DNA of 57,167 bases, filler included, from Sluysia triapertura (lineage: Eukaryota), in the NCBI GenBank assembly GCA_046118255.1. It is 4 parts of 4 records of this genome, joined end to end, with 100 filler letters (N's around TTAATTAATTAA, not from the genome) between each part and the next. Parts side by side here need not be neighbours in the genome. Positions count along the whole stretch, not along the records: positions 45,075 to 57,167 come from JBJNIA010140281.1; 3 more parts are not named here. One strand, written 5' to 3'. Position numbers and translations under genes: made by a program. Positions 52,578 to 57,167 of the stretch are shown here, in pieces (the first letter of the stretch is position 1; every line of letters starts with the position of its first letter). Below the pieces are notes generated by a model. It saw only the letters and a program-made list of their open reading frames with translations. It had not been told where the DNA came from and searched no databases.

Positions 52578-54599
52578 AAGTCACAATAATTACTCGTTAA
52601 ACTAATGTATATTTGCTTTTTAAGCAATTACCTTCAATATTCCAGAACTAAAAATTATTAGTTAAAATCACAACTACATTAAAAACTAATAACGTACATA
52701 ATTTATTTAAATTAATTAATTTTTCTGCTACTTAAATATTTTTCAACTTTTGTTTTTGAATGTGAGAGTGTTTTATTTAAAGTTATCGTATTATTTACTG
52801 GGATCGTCCATAATAAGTATCTCATGTCTTAAACGGTGAGAATGCCTGTAGAATTTTAACAAAGTTTAAAAATTTTACGAGTGTCAGTGACTAAATTCGG
52901 AGATAGTGACTGTCACTAATTAACTATAATACGTTGATAAATGAATGAAATAGAACTGAAGTACAAGATAAAAAGTTTGAAATAATGAAACGCTATAAAG
53001 GTAAGTGTTTGGGCATTCTTAATAATTTAATGAATACGATTTTAAGAGTAATATCGTAAATATTACTCAAATTCTACATGGAATTTTAGTAACAATATGA
53101 AAATATTTCCAATCGTTTTCGTAGAAATTCAAATAAGTAGAGTGAACGCTGATATCTGTTCTCGTTTATCGGAGTATGCAAAATTTTCTGGACCTAAGTT
53201 GAATTAATTATTTATTTATCGTTATGACATCAACTAAAAAAGTTTATCTCATAAATATTTCCGAAATTTTTCTTAAAAATGTTTGTACAAATTGCCTAAA
53301 AAATTTTTTGTACTTTAGCTGAACAAATCAGCTAATTAGATAAAACAGCGTTATTATTTCATTCAAATAAATTAGCATAAAAATTATAATTATAAGTATG
53401 ATTAAAAATGCACATAATATAACAAAAGTTGAATAAATATAAAACTGAAAAATTTGTTTTGTTAATTTTGAATTTCTATAATAATTATAGATAAAATTAC
53501 ATTTATTAAACTATATATAATCCACATTTTGTTTTATTAATTTATAAATGCCTGGGATTAAATGTAAAATAATTTATAGCGAAAATGGATTGGTTGAGCG
53601 CAGATTTTATTTAAATCAACTTTTATTTTATTTCTTAGACAGATATCTGAATTATTCTCCAACTACAATTACCTTTCCAGTGGCCCATTTTCAAACTACC
53701 AAGAAAATTTTATTCATATCTACTTGTAACAATTTACGAAACTTAACTTCCTTCATACATTGAAATAAATAAGTTCATCTATATAAACTAATAGGAATAA
53801 TAGTAATAATAATAATTATTATTTTTATTAAAATTTTGTTATTCTCGGATCAATTAAATAATATTTATTTAAAATAAAAGTTGTATTGATTTTTGTGCTT
53901 TTTTCATTTGACATTTTTTATTTAATCATTCATATTATATAAATAAAATTCGAAAGATTTGTCCGAATAACTTTTTGGTAATAAAACTAGCAATCCTGAT
54001 TGATGATAAAAAATTTAATTATGTATCATATATTTAAAAATGCGTTTTAATTCTAGTTGAAATTTTTCGCAAATCATAATGTTCAAGTGCAGAATCGCGA
54101 ACAGGGTATATTTCTAGTAGAAAAGTATTGGAATTCTGGTGATTTAAATGGATAATATTTTAATTTTATTATTACTTACATGTATTATTATTAAACTTTA
54201 ATTTTATTATTATATATTATTATTAATTTTATCCGCTATCATTATTTTATTTATCATGTATTATTAATTTTATTTTCTGTAATTATTATTATTATTTTAT
54301 GTGTTATTAATTTATTATTAATTTTTATTATTATTACTATTAATTTTTAGTATTATTATTGCTTTCATTTATTATCATTATTATTAATTTTATTCTTTGA
54401 TTATTATTTTTCTTATTTTTATTATTTTTTTGTTTGAACCTACTTAGGCAAACCATACTATTTTTAGAATTCTAAAAATAGTTTCACAATAATTTTTAAA
54501 ATAATTTGAATTGCATTTCAAGATTATATTTCAATAAAACTTTTAGTTAAAAGCTTCGAGTGAAGTAGTATTATGAATAATTCAAATTACAATTTTAAA

Positions 54600-55080
54600 A
54601 TAAGGTCTTCAAGGAGAACAGTTATGATGGATTGTCATCGATTATTTTGCATGTTGGATCAAGATCGAAGTGATGTTATAGCGATGTCTGAACTAAAACA
54701 TATTTCGAAACGAGGTGGTGAAATGCATTTTATTCACGATGTGATGAAAAGTTTACATGTTGATTATGAAGTTATAACGTNNNNNNNNNNNNNNNNNNNN
54801 NNNNNNNNNNNNNNNNNNNNNNNNNNNNNNNNNNNNNNNNNNNNNNNNNNNNNNNNNNNNNNNNNNNNNNNNNNNNNNNNATTATCTTTTAAATTTAGAT
54901 CATGATTACAGAGATGAAGTGATGAAAAGTTTACATGTTGAACGAAACGTTGATTATGAAGTTATAACGTATTATCTTTTAAATTTAGATCATGATTACA
55001 GAGATGAAGTGATGAAAAGTTTACATGTTGAACGAAACGTTGATTATAAAGTTTTAGCGTATTATCTCTTGAATTTAAAT
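54600..55080 (+). pseudogene. EF-hand (calmodulin/myosin light chain-like) fragment with a 90-bp tandem duplication, spanning a gap
   Basis: LFCMLDQDRSDVIAMSELKHI...GE resembles F..FD.D.SG.I...EL.H....GE, and RNVDY resembles the final EF-hand loop. The 90-bp unit repeats at 54901 and 54991. Confidence 0.5.
54781..54880. other. Assembly gap (100 N, no spacer)
   Basis: Direct reading. Confidence 0.95.
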
Positions 55081-57167
55081 AACGTCATCCCTATGGACGG
55101 ACCTTCTAACTTGAATTTTATTAAATGTTTATTTAGTCGTTCATATAAATTTTCAATTAATTGTTGTTTTTGTTTTTTCTCTGTTAACTCTTATTTTAAT
55201 GAAACAGTTTTTGATTTACGGTATTACACTAGTCAGTCGGCTGCTGCGGCTACTAAACCGGCAGAGTCTCAACAACCCGGTCCTACTTCAAATGGAAATG
55301 AATTTTTAGAATTTTTACGATTACCAGTGGCCATTTTGACTCATGAATATAAATTTAACAGAACTTGTGGATTTTCAAAAAATAAAACAACGCACTTTTT
55401 AAAGTTTCTATTCAATTACGTTTTATTCACCCATCTTGTATGTAAATATAATAACTTGGACTTTTATTTTTACTCTTGTTTATTAAACATTAATAACGGT
55501 CAAAATTTTTATAATGTTAACTTTAACTTAATTATTAAATACGATCAAAATTTCTATAACCTTAACCTAAAATTAATCCGTAAAATCTCGTACCATCCAT
55601 AATAGTAAATATAGGTTAGTTAAAAGTGATTAAACATAAAAGTTACAAATAATATACACAATAATTTGTTAAGATTACCTTTTATTCTAATAATATGTTA
55701 GAAATTTTATTGCGTTATTTGTTTAAATAATAACTAATCAGAAATTAAAACATTTACCTATATTTTATTAAGCAGTTTGGTAAAGATTGCAGAATCTATA
55801 AATTAACGATATCAATAAATTAATGTTTCCACTAAATAAATAAAATTTTCTTCAGTTAAAGTTAATATCTTTATCCAAAAATTGAATACCAAAATGTAAT
55901 CGTTAAAAGACTAGAAGTTACTCAAAGATTTACAAAACTCCGTTTTCTGCACTTGTGTGAGTTTACTGTTTTTAATTGTTCATTTATATAGTAATTTTGA
56001 CCTTAAAGGTCTAGATACTTATTAACAGTTGAATTAGCACATTGAAGCAGCTTAATTTTTTGTACTTTTGAAATAATTATTTAATAATATTTTCTATAAT
56101 ATTTTTAATAATATTAATATTTATATAATATTTTCAATATTTTACACATAAAAATATATAAAGCTACTAAAATATTTACAAAATAGTCTTATAATATATA
56201 ATTAAAACTATAAAACAATAAAACTAAAATATTTCGAATTTCCACTTTTTAAAGATCAAAATAATTGTCATCATTTAGAATTTGAAATGAAGTTGCCATC
56301 ATTATTGCATCATTACATACTTCAATTGAAAGTACCGTACTTTCTTATATATTATTCGCACTTAATATATAGCCCATATTATAAAGATCAAATTTTTTTA
56401 ATGTAATCCGCACACAAAATCTTTGATATCACCAAATAAATGTAAATTTAATAACAATTTAAAGGTTTCTCTTTAAATTATATTGTTTCTGGTTGTAGAC
56501 AACATTAGATTCATTTAAAAATAAGTATATCTTTAGTATCAATAAAATAAATTTCTAAACTATTGATGTATAACCCGCACCACAAAAATACACTTTTTTC
56601 AATGTATAGTTCGCAAAAAAATATGGTAATTTGATTTTGCCGAAATTCTTATATGAAAAGTTGTTTAAATATTAATATTCGTTTAAAATTCGATAAAAGT
56701 AGATTTTTTTGTGTTCAGACCTTTTTTAAACTTTTAAAACAAATTCTGCATAAATTTTCAGTTTTAAAATCGGCTGATTAACTTAGCTTTTCATGCTGTT
56801 CATTTATAATAACAATGAGAGAAGCCTATTAAGTGTAAAACTAATTATAAAAATAAGATTCAATGTTTATTTGAATATTTGATATTTAGGCGACATTAAG
56901 CAATGTTTTGGTTAATTGAAAATTAATAGTATCTTTAAAATTAACTTAAACTTTAAAAACCATCATTAATATTTTATTAAGTTTAGTCTATAAATGTGTA
57001 AAAAATTAAATAAAATAAATTACTTGTTTATAATATGAACATATTTGATCATAACCCGGATAACATGTATTATTTGAATAATTGTAATATCTAAATATAA
57101 ATTAAATTTACAACTTAAAGACAAGAAAAATTTATTAATGAAAAATTTTCATCAATTATGTTAAGTT

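Noticed and set aside
54881-55075. 90-bp tandem repeat as a CRISPR-like or coding array
   Set aside because: No spacers, eukaryotic context, and adjacent to a gap, so it may be an assembly overlap; only about two units.

Overview
Very AT-rich eukaryotic (animal) scaffold, consistent with a planarian/flatworm-type genome (inferred from composition, AAT microsatellites and short introns), with four 100-bp assembly gaps. Host genes: (i) the last five coding exons of a CHD6-9/kismet-type chromatin remodeller (BRK domain) on the minus strand, 37358-43955; (ii) three 3' exons of an unidentified plus-strand gene, 30871-32719; (iii) an isolated plus-strand terminal exon, 17016-17159. Pseudogenes: an intronless, frameshifted SNX27 copy and an EF-hand fragment. 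The rest is mostly decayed mobile DNA: hAT MITE/ends, two Tc1 derivatives, a Tigger/pogo element, a mariner, four L2/CR1-type LINE pieces, two Ty3/Gypsy remnants, a Helitron Rep fragment and several LTR-like repeats. The most unusual feature is a family of ~156-bp TG...CA-type units, two of them with their own 4-bp target-site duplication. These two carry a Pol III tRNA-like cassette whose anticodon loop holds a conserved palindrome (CTGCGCAG), and they look like solo LTRs of a tRNA-containing TRIM (Helenus-like). A third relative lacks the tRNA. All similarities were read by eye; no database search was run.
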